The translations under genes and the position numbers were made by a program. A stretch of DNA of 16,037 nt from Candidatus Bipolaricaulia bacterium (GTDB taxonomy: Bacteria; Bipolaricaulota; Bipolaricaulia; RBG-16-55-9). The notes beneath the pieces were generated by a model. It was not told the origin of the DNA and ran no database searches. It saw only the letters and a list, made by a program, of their open reading frames with translations. How positions within the stretch are numbered: position 1 is the stretch's first letter; the number at the start of each line of letters is the position of its first letter. This document shows, in pieces, positions 8,209 to 16,037 of the stretch. The stretch covers positions 1 through 16,037 of the forward strand of contig JBDGQO010000098.1 in NCBI GenBank assembly GCA_042219045.1, read 5' to 3'.

Positions 8209-10530
8209 CAGGACGCCGTCGGCCAGGACGTCCGGCGGTCGCTGTCACCCCCGAGCGCCGTGGCGGCCGTTGACAGCCTGGAGCACTGGAACGTTGATCA
8301 GTGGGACGAGAACGTCGAGTACGCCGTCGAGTCGTCCCCGCACTCCGACCGCGGTCTGTTGCGGATTCACGCCGACAGCCTCGTCCAGGGCCGGTACCAC
8401 CGCCAGGTGCCCCTCACGCCCACGTCCGAGTACCGGCTCACCTTCGGGATCAAAACGGAGGGCGTGCAGGGACCGGACGCGGGCGCCAGGGCGGGCGTTC
8501 GGCTCGGCGGCTTCGAGTTTGCGCCGGACACGACCCTGCAGGGCACCACCGACTGGACGCGGCGGTCGGTCACCTTCCGTACCCAGGACCACGACAGCAT
8601 GGTGCTGGAGTTTTTGCTGGGCAAGGAGGAGCCGACCCGCGGGACGGTGTGGATCGACGACATTACGCTAGAACGCACGGCTCGAACGCCGCTCGATCCC
8701 GCCATCAAGGTGGACCTCGACGAGAAGCAGTCCCCAATGTCCGAGTACATCTACGGGCAGTTCATCGAGCACATGGGGCAGTCCATCTACGGTGGGATCT
8801 GGGCGGAGATGCTCGAGGATCGGAAGTTCTACTTCGTCCCCGGCACCGAGTACTCGCCCTGGCACGTCAACGTCCCCAGCCGCCTTGTCATCGACTCGCT
8901 CGACGCCTACGTGGGCGACTACGCGCCCGTCCTGCGTGCCACCGCCGACACGACGACGCGCTTCTTCCAGGACGGCCTGTACCTGGAAGGGGGACAGCAG
9001 TACGAAGGCCACGTGGTGCTCACCGGACGCGACGCCGCGATGCCGGTGAACGTGATTCTCTCGTGGGGCGACGGCCCGCAGCAGCGGGACACGGTGCGGA
9101 TTCGCGAGGGGCACCGCGGGTACCAGTCGCATTCATTCACGTTCGAGGCAGGGGCGGACATCGAGGACGGGCGGCTGTCGGTCGTGCCGCGGGGCGAGGG
9201 CGTAGTCGAAATTGGCACCATCTCGATGATGCCCGCCGACAACGTCGACGGCTTCCGGCGGGACGTGCTCGCCCTGCTGAAGGAATTGAACGCGCCGGTG
9301 TACCGGTGGCCCGGCGGCAACTTCGTTAGTGGGTACAATTGGAAGGACGGCGTGGGGCCCCACGACAGGCGTCCGCCGCGCCTCGACCAGGCCTGGGCGT
9401 CCGAATACGAGCACCGGTGGGACGCGATCGAGCACAACGACGTGGGCCTCCACGAATTTATGCGGCTCTGCGCGATTCTTGACACCGAGCCCTACATCGC
9501 CATCAATACCGGGCTCGGTACGGCCAAGCTGGCGGCTGAGAAGGTGGAGTATTTGAATGGCAGCATGTATACTCCCATGGGCCAATGGCGGGCTGAACAC
9601 GGCCATCCTGGACCGTTCGACGTCCAGTTCTTTGCCGTCGGCAACGAGATGTTTGGGGAATGGCAGCTGGGTTATGTGCCCCTCGACCGATACGTCAAAA
9701 AGCACAACCGCGTGGCCCGAGCCATGTGGGACGTGGACCCTACGATTGACCTCGTGGGGGTGGGGCGCCTCGGAGAGTGGAACCAAGAAATGTACGCGCA
9801 CAGCGTGGACTACATGACGTACATCAGCGAACACTTCTACCGACAAGACTGGCACGGTGGCGGGCTGATGAGGCACGTTATGCAAATGCCGGACGCCATC
9901 GGAGAAATTGCAGACGCTCACCGGGAGTGGGCCCAAAAGGTCGACGGGCCTAAGGGCAGGGACATCAAGGTAATTTTGGATGAGTGGAATTACTGGTACG
10001 GCCCCCACGTCTACGGCCTCCTGGGTACCCGCTATTTCCTGCGCGATGCGCTCGGTATCGCGGCGGGCATAAACGAGTACCTACGCAACAGCGACATCAT
10101 ATATATGGCCAACTACGCACAGACAGTGAACGTCATTGGGGCGATCAAAGCCACTCCGAGAGGAGCGTTTCTCTCGGCCACCGGCGAGATTCTGAGAACG
10201 CACCGGGCGGAAATGGGTACGGTCCCTGTGTCTGTTACGGGCGAAAGACTGCCGTTTGACATCGCTGCAGCCCTTACCGATGCAGGCGGCACCCTGACGA
10301 TCTCCGTCGTGAACCCTACTGAAGAGGCCCGAAATCTGCCGGTGTCAGTGGTGGGGGGTGAAGTGGCAGAGAAGTGGCGCGCCCATGTCATTACCGGGGC
10401 GCACGACATGGTCTACAACGATCTGGAGAACAAGGACCGGGCCGGTACGACTACGCGTACGGTGAGCATGGAGGACGGAGCCCTACGCGTTCCGGCAGCG
10501 AGCGCTACCATTCTACAACTGGACCTGTGA
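8203..10530 (+). CDS. GH51 alpha-L-arabinofuranosidase with N-terminal CBM4/9-like beta-sandwich region; 5' end probably frameshifted
   Basis: 775 aa from TTG. Motifs IYGQFIEHMGQSIYGGIWAEML, RWPGGNFVSGYNWKDGVGP, acid/base GNE (9640-9648), nucleophile DEWNYW (9979 onward) and MANYAQTVNVIGAI. The N-terminal GTTDWTRR...GTVWIDDITL pattern is CBM4/9-like. Confidence 0.9.
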   Translation: MGQDAVGQDVRRSLSPPSAVAAVDSLEHWNVDQWDENVEYAVESSPHSDRGLLRIHADSLVQGRYHRQVPLTPTSEYRLTFGIKTEGVQGPDAGARAGVRLGGFEFAPDTTLQGTTDWTRRSVTFRTQDHDSMVLEFLLGKEEPTRGTVWIDDITLERTARTPLDPAIKVDLDEKQSPMSEYIYGQFIEHMGQSIYGGIWAEMLEDRKFYFVPGTEYSPWHVNVPSRLVIDSLDAYVGDYAPVLRATADTTTRFFQDGLYLEGGQQYEGHVVLTGRDAAMPVNVILSWGDGPQQRDTVRIREGHRGYQSHSFTFEAGADIEDGRLSVVPRGEGVVEIGTISMMPADNVDGFRRDVLALLKELNAPVYRWPGGNFVSGYNWKDGVGPHDRRPPRLDQAWASEYEHRWDAIEHNDVGLHEFMRLCAILDTEPYIAINTGLGTAKLAAEKVEYLNGSMYTPMGQWRAEHGHPGPFDVQFFAVGNEMFGEWQLGYVPLDRYVKKHNRVARAMWDVDPTIDLVGVGRLGEWNQEMYAHSVDYMTYISEHFYRQDWHGGGLMRHVMQMPDAIGEIADAHREWAQKVDGPKGRDIKVILDEWNYWYGPHVYGLLGTRYFLRDALGIAAGINEYLRNSDIIYMANYAQTVNVIGAIKATPRGAFLSATGEILRTHRAEMGTVPVSVTGERLPFDIAAALTDAGGTLTISVVNPTEEARNLPVSVVGGEVAEKWRAHVITGAHDMVYNDLENKDRAGTTTRTVSMEDGALRVPAASATILQLDL

Positions 10531-10689
10531 TGTCTCCGACGCAATCCCTCACAATCTTTGTGCAGAAGCACCTTCGGACTGCTGATGACGGGTCTGAGGA
10601 GATCAACACACAGCTTCCGAGCGGCCGGAGCGCACGAGGGGCGTCAGACGTGCGTTCCGTCCCGAAACCGATGCCGGAGACAATGTGCA

Positions 10690-11100
10690 CTACCCCCCGG
10701 TTTTCGTGGAGACCAAGATGGCTCCGACGCTGTTGCCCAACCCGAATCGGAACTGAGCGTCACTCGGCGGAAAATATTTGATCTCCGAGATGTTACTGGC
10801 ACGGATTCGTTTCAGGGCCGAAACAGATCCCGCATCTCCCCCCGGATTATTGACGTATACCTGAATCTGAGGATCATTCTGGAGACTTTGGGTCTCGGGC
10901 GTCCAGAGCCAATGTGACTTGTACTGCTTGATGAGGTCAAACGCCGTGAGCTCCCCTACAGGGATTTCAAGGTTCTGAACGATCAGGCGGTTGGGAGACT
11001 GATCCGGTTCATCACTCTCAGCCGAGGGCTCCGAAGAACCGCATGCGAGCAGTCCGCAGGAGAGAAAACCAACGAGTAGAGCACGGGCAACTCTTCTCAT
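10690..11100 (-). CDS. Small lipoprotein resembling a stand-alone TonB-dependent receptor plug domain
   Basis: 136 aa. Lipobox LLA-C then GSS. The C-terminal PQIQVYVN...LKRIRASNISEIKYFPPSDAQFRFGLGNSVGAILVSTK resembles the plug-domain end (I..I.v....a...yG....GvI.ItTK). No beta-barrel follows. Confidence 0.7.
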   Translation of the reverse strand: MRRVARALLVGFLSCGLLACGSSEPSAESDEPDQSPNRLIVQNLEIPVGELTAFDLIKQYKSHWLWTPETQSLQNDPQIQVYVNNPGGDAGSVSALKRIRASNISEIKYFPPSDAQFRFGLGNSVGAILVSTKTGG

Positions 11101-11402
11101 AGCGATGGAGGGATGACTAAAGGACTGTGGGGTTTATATCCTGATTATTTTGCAATCGGTAAAAATGTACACGATAATAAAAGCTTCATGTTCGTGCAGG
11201 GGAAAACGGCAGACCTGGGGACCGGTAGGGAAAGCGTTCACACGGTCTATTCTGTCTGTTAGGTGTGCTCCTTCGGGGAGGGCACACCGTCCCTTCGGGC
11301 GTCGGAGCCATCTTTAGAGCGGATGGTTCTGTTCGGGTACCAGCGGAAATGAATATTTATGGGGTATCGTGTGTATAGTGTGCTTACGATCCATGACCGA
11401 GT
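11101..11402. promoter_or_regulatory. Divergent promoter region
   Basis: AT-rich patches (about 11133-11186 and 11347-11380) between two divergent start codons, and a -10-like TATAGT at 11374-11379. No convincing -35 element. Confidence 0.45.
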
Positions 11403-14400
11403 ATGAGTCGGCTTTGTCTGTATCTCTTTATCGTTTCGGGTCTTGTTATGACCGCGGGGTGTGAAAGCCCGGCGGAATTGGACTGGCACCAGCGGAATGG
11501 GTATCGGTGGGCCGCCGTCGAGCCGGGGCAACGGGGGAGTGTAGGATTTGATCGCCTGTCTCCTTCGGAGACGGGCATTCAATTCACCAACCGGCTTACC
11601 GAAGATGAGATCGAACGGAATCAGCACTACATGAATGGTTCGGGGGTGGCCGTGGGGGACGTGACCGGTAATGGGCGGCCGGACCTTTATTTTGCACAGC
11701 TAAACGGTCCTAATCGGCTGTACGAAAACCGTGGAGGATTCGAGTTCCGAAATATTACCGACTCGGCGGGGGTTGCCCACGAGGGATACTATTCGACCAG
11801 CACCGTCTTCGCCGACATCGATGGAGATGACGATCTTGACTTGCTCGTCGGCTCCATGAGTAAGGGAATTGCCATATATGAGAACGAGGGACGGGGCCGC
11901 TTCCGGGGGAGGTCCGGGACGGAAATGGAGGTAGGAAAGGGCAACATGACAATGGCGCTTGCCGACATTGAGGGGGATGGGGACCTGGATCTATACGTCG
12001 CTAATTACAAGGAGAAATCAGTTAGGGACATTTATCCCGTCGGTGAGTTGTCCTGGGAGAAAACAATTCGGTCAACCGAAGGGGATGAGGGAACCAATCA
12101 CGTCGTCGTTCCCCCCTACGATGAACACTACACAATTATCGAGCGCGACAATGCCCCGAACAGCCGACGTGAGACTGGCGAGAAGGATGCCCTGTATTTG
12201 AACAACGGGAATGGGGAGTTTAAAAAGGTGCAGCGGCCCGAAGCACGTTTTTTAGGTCCCGACGGGAGCCCCCGAGGTCTTTCTCTAGATTGGGGGTTGA
12301 ACGCCTCATTTCGGGACATAAATTGCGATGGACCTCCGGATCTTTACGTAAACAATGATTTTTGGACGCCGGACCGAGTTTGGATAAATCAGGGGGACGG
12401 GACCTTCCGGGCCATCGACTCACTGGCGATCCGGAGCTTCCCTTTTTCGTCGATGACAGTCGATTTTTCGGACGTCACTCGAAACGGGGCCTTGGACTTC
12501 TTCGTCACGGAGATGCTCAGTCCCGAGCATCAGCGACGGCTGCGTCAGTTTACGCCGAGCGATCCCTTTCCGGCGGGCAGAATGGAAAACCGCCCTCAGT
12601 ACAACAAGAACGCCCTATACCGCAATCGTGGAGACGGCACCTACGCGGAGAGTGCGTACTTCAGCGGGGTGGAGGCCACGGGCTGGTCGTGGGGCGTCCG
12701 GTTCCTCGATGTCACCCTGAACGGATACGAGGACCTGCTCGTCAATACGGGATTCAGTTACGACTACCAGGACCTGGACAGCCAAGAGCGGATGGGGCGG
12801 AAAATGGCACAGACTCCGGGGGATGACCGATTTCTCACGGAGTATCCTCGTCTTCGTCTCGAAAACCGGGCGTTCCAAAATAACAAAGATGGGACGTTTT
12901 CGACCCGAGGACAGGACTGGGGCTTCGTGACGGAATCGGACGTGTCGCACGGCCTGGTGACCGCCGATTTGGATCGGGATGGCGATCTAGACGTGGTGGT
13001 GAGCCGCCTGAACGACCGGGCTCTTCTCTACGAGAATACGACGTCAGCCCCCCGGATCTCTGTGCGGCTTGCGGGTACCCCTCCGAATACTCAGGCGATT
13101 GGTGCCAAGTTGGCGCTCAAGGGAGGGCCGGGAGGCCCGGCCCCCCAGGTCCGAGAGGTGACGGCGGGGGGGAATTACCTGTCCGGTTCCAGTACCACCG
13201 CAATGTTTGCCGCCGACCCCGATAACTCCAATCATGTGCTCGAGGTAACCTGGCCGAATGGCGACACCACGATCATCGATAGTGTGGGGGCAAATCGGGT
13301 CTATGAGGTGCAGCAGGGTAGGTCACGGGCCGGGACCGAACCGGAGGAGGAAGCGCACCGGGATTCGTCCTCCTCGGCTCCGTCCCCGGCTTTTCAGGAG
13401 GTCTCCGGCCGGCTCGATCACCGGCATCATGAGTCGACGTACGACGACTTCCGAATCCAGCCGCTATTGCCTCTGAAGCTTAGCCAGCAGGGCCCAGGCC
13501 TATCCTGGGTGGACTACGACCAGGATGGGGACGAAGACGTGATGATTCCGACGGGACGGGGAGGAACGCTCGCGGTCTACGAGAATGACGGGGCGGGCAA
13601 TTTCTCTCGCCGTACGCTCGGAACGTTGACCGACACGTCTTCGGCTGACCAGACCACACTCCTTGGCTGGTCCACAGATTCCGGGACGCACTTACTTCTC
13701 GGACGGGCGAACTACGAACCGGGCGACATTCAAACCCCGTCGGCCCTTCACTTTCTTGCGGAGGGCGATACGGTGCGGAAGGTGGGTCGCATTCCCGGGA
13801 TCCTGTCCACGACTGGACCGCTTGCCGCCGCCGATTACGATGGGGACGGGGCCATTGATCTGTTTGTTGGGGGACGATTCATGCCCGCTCAGTACCCGCG
13901 AGATGCCACCTCTCGGTTGTTTCGGAACGAGGAAGGGCGGTTTGTGTGCGATGAGGAGAATGCCGCTCTGCTGGAGGATTTTGGACTCGTCACTGGGGCG
14001 GTATTCACGGACTACGATCGGGACGGGGACCCCGACCTCCTAATCAGCCGGGCCTGGGACTCGCTGATGCTGCTTGAGAACGAGGGAGGAACGTTCCGGG
14101 ACGTTACCGCGGAGTTCGGGCTGGACGCATATTCCGGCTGGTGGCAAGGGGTAACGACGGGGGATTTCAACAATGACGGGCGGCCCGACATCGTGGCCAC
14201 TAATTGGGGAACGAACAGCCCCTACCAGACCGGCGACCGCCCCTTGAAGATGTACTACCAGGACTTCAACGGGGACCGACGGGTGGAGATTATTGAATCG
14301 TACTACGACGCAGACATTGGCGGGTATGTCCCACGGCGTCAGCTGAACGCCTTTTCATCAACCGCCGTCCCGTTCGCCGGCCGTGTCGACAGCCACACGC

Positions 14401-15125
14401 ATTTTGCGAGCGCAACGCTTACCTCCCTCCTCGGGCAGGCTCCGGATCAGGTCCTGAACGCAAAGACGTTGAACACGACGAAGCACATGGTCTTTCTGAA
14501 TGAGGGCGACCACTTCTCGGCGCGTCCGCTGCCCTCAGAGGCCCAGCTCTCAACGGCCCTCCATGCGGGGGTTGCCGATTACAACAACGACGGCCATGAG
14601 GATCTCTTCCTCAGCCAAAACTTTTTTCCGGTCCGGGACGAAATGCCTCGGTCGGACGCTGGACGCGGATTACTGCTGAGGGGCAATGGGCACGGGGATT
14701 TTGAGGCGATCCCGGGTCATCGGAGCGGGATTAAAGTGTATGGTGAGCAGCGCGGCGCAGCCTTTGGGGATTTCGACAAGGACGGAAGGGTAGACCTTGC
14801 GGTGACGCAGAATGGCGCGCCCACGAAACTCTTTGCGAATCAGGCCGACACGGAGGGCTACACGGTTCGGCTCAACGGTCCTCCGCGCAATCGAGACGGC
14901 ATTGGGGCGAGCGTGCGGCTGCGCTATGAGGATGGAAGTGCAGGGCCACGTCGGGAGGTCCGGGCCGGGGGAGGCTACTGGTCCCAGTCCAGTCGCACAC
15001 AGGTTCTGGGGGCGGCCAAGCCCGTGTCTCAGATCGAGGTGACGTGGCCGGATGGACAGGTGAACACTCGCCGCGTGGCGGAGGACAAGCGAAGGTACCG
15101 CGTTTCCTACACGGATGAGCAGTAA
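11403..15125 (+). CDS. FG-GAP/VCBS-repeat, ASPIC/UnbV-domain (CRTAC1-like) lipoprotein with two modules
   Basis: 1240 aa. Lipobox TAG-C. About 14 DxDxDGxxD-type repeats. Two ASPIC/UnbV segments (NTQAIGAKL...GGNYLSGS...EVTWPNG and NRDGIGASV...GGGYWSQS...EVTWPDG). Confidence 0.88.
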   Translation: MSRLCLYLFIVSGLVMTAGCESPAELDWHQRNGYRWAAVEPGQRGSVGFDRLSPSETGIQFTNRLTEDEIERNQHYMNGSGVAVGDVTGNGRPDLYFAQLNGPNRLYENRGGFEFRNITDSAGVAHEGYYSTSTVFADIDGDDDLDLLVGSMSKGIAIYENEGRGRFRGRSGTEMEVGKGNMTMALADIEGDGDLDLYVANYKEKSVRDIYPVGELSWEKTIRSTEGDEGTNHVVVPPYDEHYTIIERDNAPNSRRETGEKDALYLNNGNGEFKKVQRPEARFLGPDGSPRGLSLDWGLNASFRDINCDGPPDLYVNNDFWTPDRVWINQGDGTFRAIDSLAIRSFPFSSMTVDFSDVTRNGALDFFVTEMLSPEHQRRLRQFTPSDPFPAGRMENRPQYNKNALYRNRGDGTYAESAYFSGVEATGWSWGVRFLDVTLNGYEDLLVNTGFSYDYQDLDSQERMGRKMAQTPGDDRFLTEYPRLRLENRAFQNNKDGTFSTRGQDWGFVTESDVSHGLVTADLDRDGDLDVVVSRLNDRALLYENTTSAPRISVRLAGTPPNTQAIGAKLALKGGPGGPAPQVREVTAGGNYLSGSSTTAMFAADPDNSNHVLEVTWPNGDTTIIDSVGANRVYEVQQGRSRAGTEPEEEAHRDSSSSAPSPAFQEVSGRLDHRHHESTYDDFRIQPLLPLKLSQQGPGLSWVDYDQDGDEDVMIPTGRGGTLAVYENDGAGNFSRRTLGTLTDTSSADQTTLLGWSTDSGTHLLLGRANYEPGDIQTPSALHFLAEGDTVRKVGRIPGILSTTGPLAAADYDGDGAIDLFVGGRFMPAQYPRDATSRLFRNEEGRFVCDEENAALLEDFGLVTGAVFTDYDRDGDPDLLISRAWDSLMLLENEGGTFRDVTAEFGLDAYSGWWQGVTTGDFNNDGRPDIVATNWGTNSPYQTGDRPLKMYYQDFNGDRRVEIIESYYDADIGGYVPRRQLNAFSSTAVPFAGRVDSHTHFASATLTSLLGQAPDQVLNAKTLNTTKHMVFLNEGDHFSARPLPSEAQLSTALHAGVADYNNDGHEDLFLSQNFFPVRDEMPRSDAGRGLLLRGNGHGDFEAIPGHRSGIKVYGEQRGAAFGDFDKDGRVDLAVTQNGAPTKLFANQADTEGYTVRLNGPPRNRDGIGASVRLRYEDGSAGPRREVRAGGGYWSQSSRTQVLGAAKPVSQIEVTWPDGQVNTRRVAEDKRRYRVSYTDEQ

Positions 15126-15238
15126 GGCACGACCGGCCCCAATTCGGTTCTGCTCGATTCCCAGCGAACCGTCCAATGAAATTGGCCTCGTGTACCGGGT
15201 TAAAGTAGATATCTGAATTGTTCAACACGCAATGTAGG

Positions 15239-15331
15239 ATGGGATCACGAACCACGATCCGCGATGTGGCTGAGCGAGCTGGCGTGTTTAACGCGACGGT
15301 CTCCAATGTCCACAACGAGAAGGGGATGTAG
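15239..15331 (+). pseudogene. Truncated LacI-family regulator (HTH remnant)
   Basis: Not in the ORF track. Reads MGSRTTIRDVAERAGVFNATVSNVHNEKGM*, matching the LacI HTH consensus TIxDVAxxAGVSxATVSxVLN with two substitutions. It stops at the TA preceding IS sequence. Confidence 0.85.
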
Positions 15332-15417
15332 ACTTGCGAGATTATCCGCGGGACAACAATTTCCTGCTGCGTCGGTGCAGATGGCTGCACAGTCTTCTTC
15401 TACGCAAGGGTTCAGTC

Positions 15418-15714
15418 ATGGCTCAACCTCTGCAGATTTCCCTCTCCGAGGAGCAGCGGGAGTCGCTGCTTGAGGTCCGCGATCACCACGATAAGCCCTA
15501 CATGCGCGAGAAAGCCGCCGCTGTACTAAAGGTGGCTGGCCCACCCGGCGAGGAGGGCGAGTCGGCTCGTCAGGTCGCCATCGGTGGCCTTCTGCGCGAG
15601 CGCCGCCCCGATACGGTGCGCGGCTGGGTTCACACCTATGAAGAGGAAGGCATCGACGGATTTGTCGTCGAGGACGGGCGCGGGCAGAAGCCCGCTTTTT
15701 CCCCCGACCAGTGA
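15418..15714 (+). CDS. IS630 transposase, N-terminal HTH ORF
   Basis: MAQPLQISLSEEQRESL...SARQVA...TVRGWVHTYEEEGIDG...GRGQKPAFSP, typical of the IS630 N-terminus. Confidence 0.8.
   Translation: MAQPLQISLSEEQRESLLEVRDHHDKPYMREKAAAVLKVAGPPGEEGESARQVAIGGLLRERRPDTVRGWVHTYEEEGIDGFVVEDGRGQKPAFSPDQ
15680..15705 (+). promoter_or_regulatory. Programmed transcriptional slippage signal (hairpin + T5C5)
   Basis: Perfect 6-bp stem GCGGGC-AGAA-GCCCGC (15680-15695) immediately followed by TTTTTCCCCC (15696-15705), at the junction between transposase frames. Losing one nucleotide fuses the two ORFs. Confidence 0.85.
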
Positions 15715-15946
15715 AGAGGAGATGGGCGAGAGGTTGCGCGAGCTCGTCAGCCGCTCTCCCCAGGCGTTTGGACACGAGCGGAGCCGGTGGACACTCCAGT
15801 TGTTGCGGGAGCACCTCGGGGAGGAGGCTCCCGAGACCGACCCCGGCCTGTACCGAATGCTGGATCGACTGGGGATTACCTACAGCCGAGGCCAGGGCTA
15901 TACGCTCAGCCCAGACGAGCAGTTTGAGGAGAAGCGGGACTGGTAA
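15692..15946 (+). pseudogene. IS630 transposase second (+1) frame: winged-HTH part, truncated before the DDE domain
   Basis: SPQAFGHERSRWTLQLLREHL...LYRMLDRLGITYSRGQ...SPDEQFEEKRDW*. Stop at 15944-15946, with no recognisable catalytic-domain continuation in the remaining bases. Confidence 0.75.
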
Positions 15947-16037
15947 GTAGAAAGTGCTCGTTTGAAATCGGGTTACGGAGGCCGCTCTTGAGTAGAATTT
16001 AGCAAGGTCTCTCTCAAAGGCCCCGAGCCCGGCCCCA

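Larger units (their letters stand above)
15329..15946 (+). mobile_element. IS630-family element, 3'-truncated
   Basis: Appears to begin at a TA (the IS630 target). Carries a split transposase with HTH segments and a T5C5 slippage site. No DDE domain or right end is visible. Boundaries are approximate. Confidence 0.8.

Noticed and set aside
8063..8671. 202-aa ORF as an independent gene
   Set aside because: Only the first ~48 codons look meaningful (signal-peptide-like). The rest overlaps GH51 out of frame.
2744..10008. Long antisense and alternative-frame ORFs (e.g. 2744..3625, 3280..4125, 5056..6087, 6193..7011, 8301..9329, 9133..10008)
   Set aside because: Shadow ORFs expected from high-GC codon bias inside well-supported genes. 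They have Arg/Pro/Gly-rich or motif-less translations.
10531..10689. Intrinsic terminator between the convergent genes
   Set aside because: Only a weak bulged hairpin near 10613-10631 and no U-tract.
15680..15700. Ordinary rho-independent terminator
   Set aside because: It lies within the transposase at the frame junction and is followed by C5, so it is better explained as the slippage signal.
8073..15969. GTTTGAAATC present at 8073-8082 and 15960-15969
   Set aside because: A single 10-bp match with no further support as an IS end or operator.

Overview
GC-rich bacterial window whose proteins are rich in Asp/Glu and mostly carry signal peptides ending before Gln or a lipobox. This suggests a halophilic Rhodothermota/Bacteroidota such as Salinibacter (inference). 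From 464 to 10530 is a co-oriented cluster for L-arabinofuranoside degradation: a GH127 lipoprotein, a GH146-type beta-L-arabinofuranosidase, a TlpA-like CxxC thiol-disulfide oxidoreductase, a secreted DUF5695 protein and a GH51 alpha-L-arabinofuranosidase. A small TonB-plug-like lipoprotein follows on the minus strand, divergent from a 1240-aa FG-GAP/ASPIC-UnbV lipoprotein. The window ends with a LacI HTH remnant cut at a TA by a truncated IS630 element, which keeps an intact hairpin+T5C5 transcriptional slippage signal. Main points of interest: (i) the GH127 has Asp in place of a canonical Zn-ligand Cys (ETC->ETD); (ii) an exported thioredoxin-fold protein sits directly after two exported cysteine glycosidases; (iii) DUF5695 is a candidate new arabinoside hydrolase; (iv) the GH51 signal peptide is out of frame at a G4 run. 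All family calls come from motif recognition, with no database searches.
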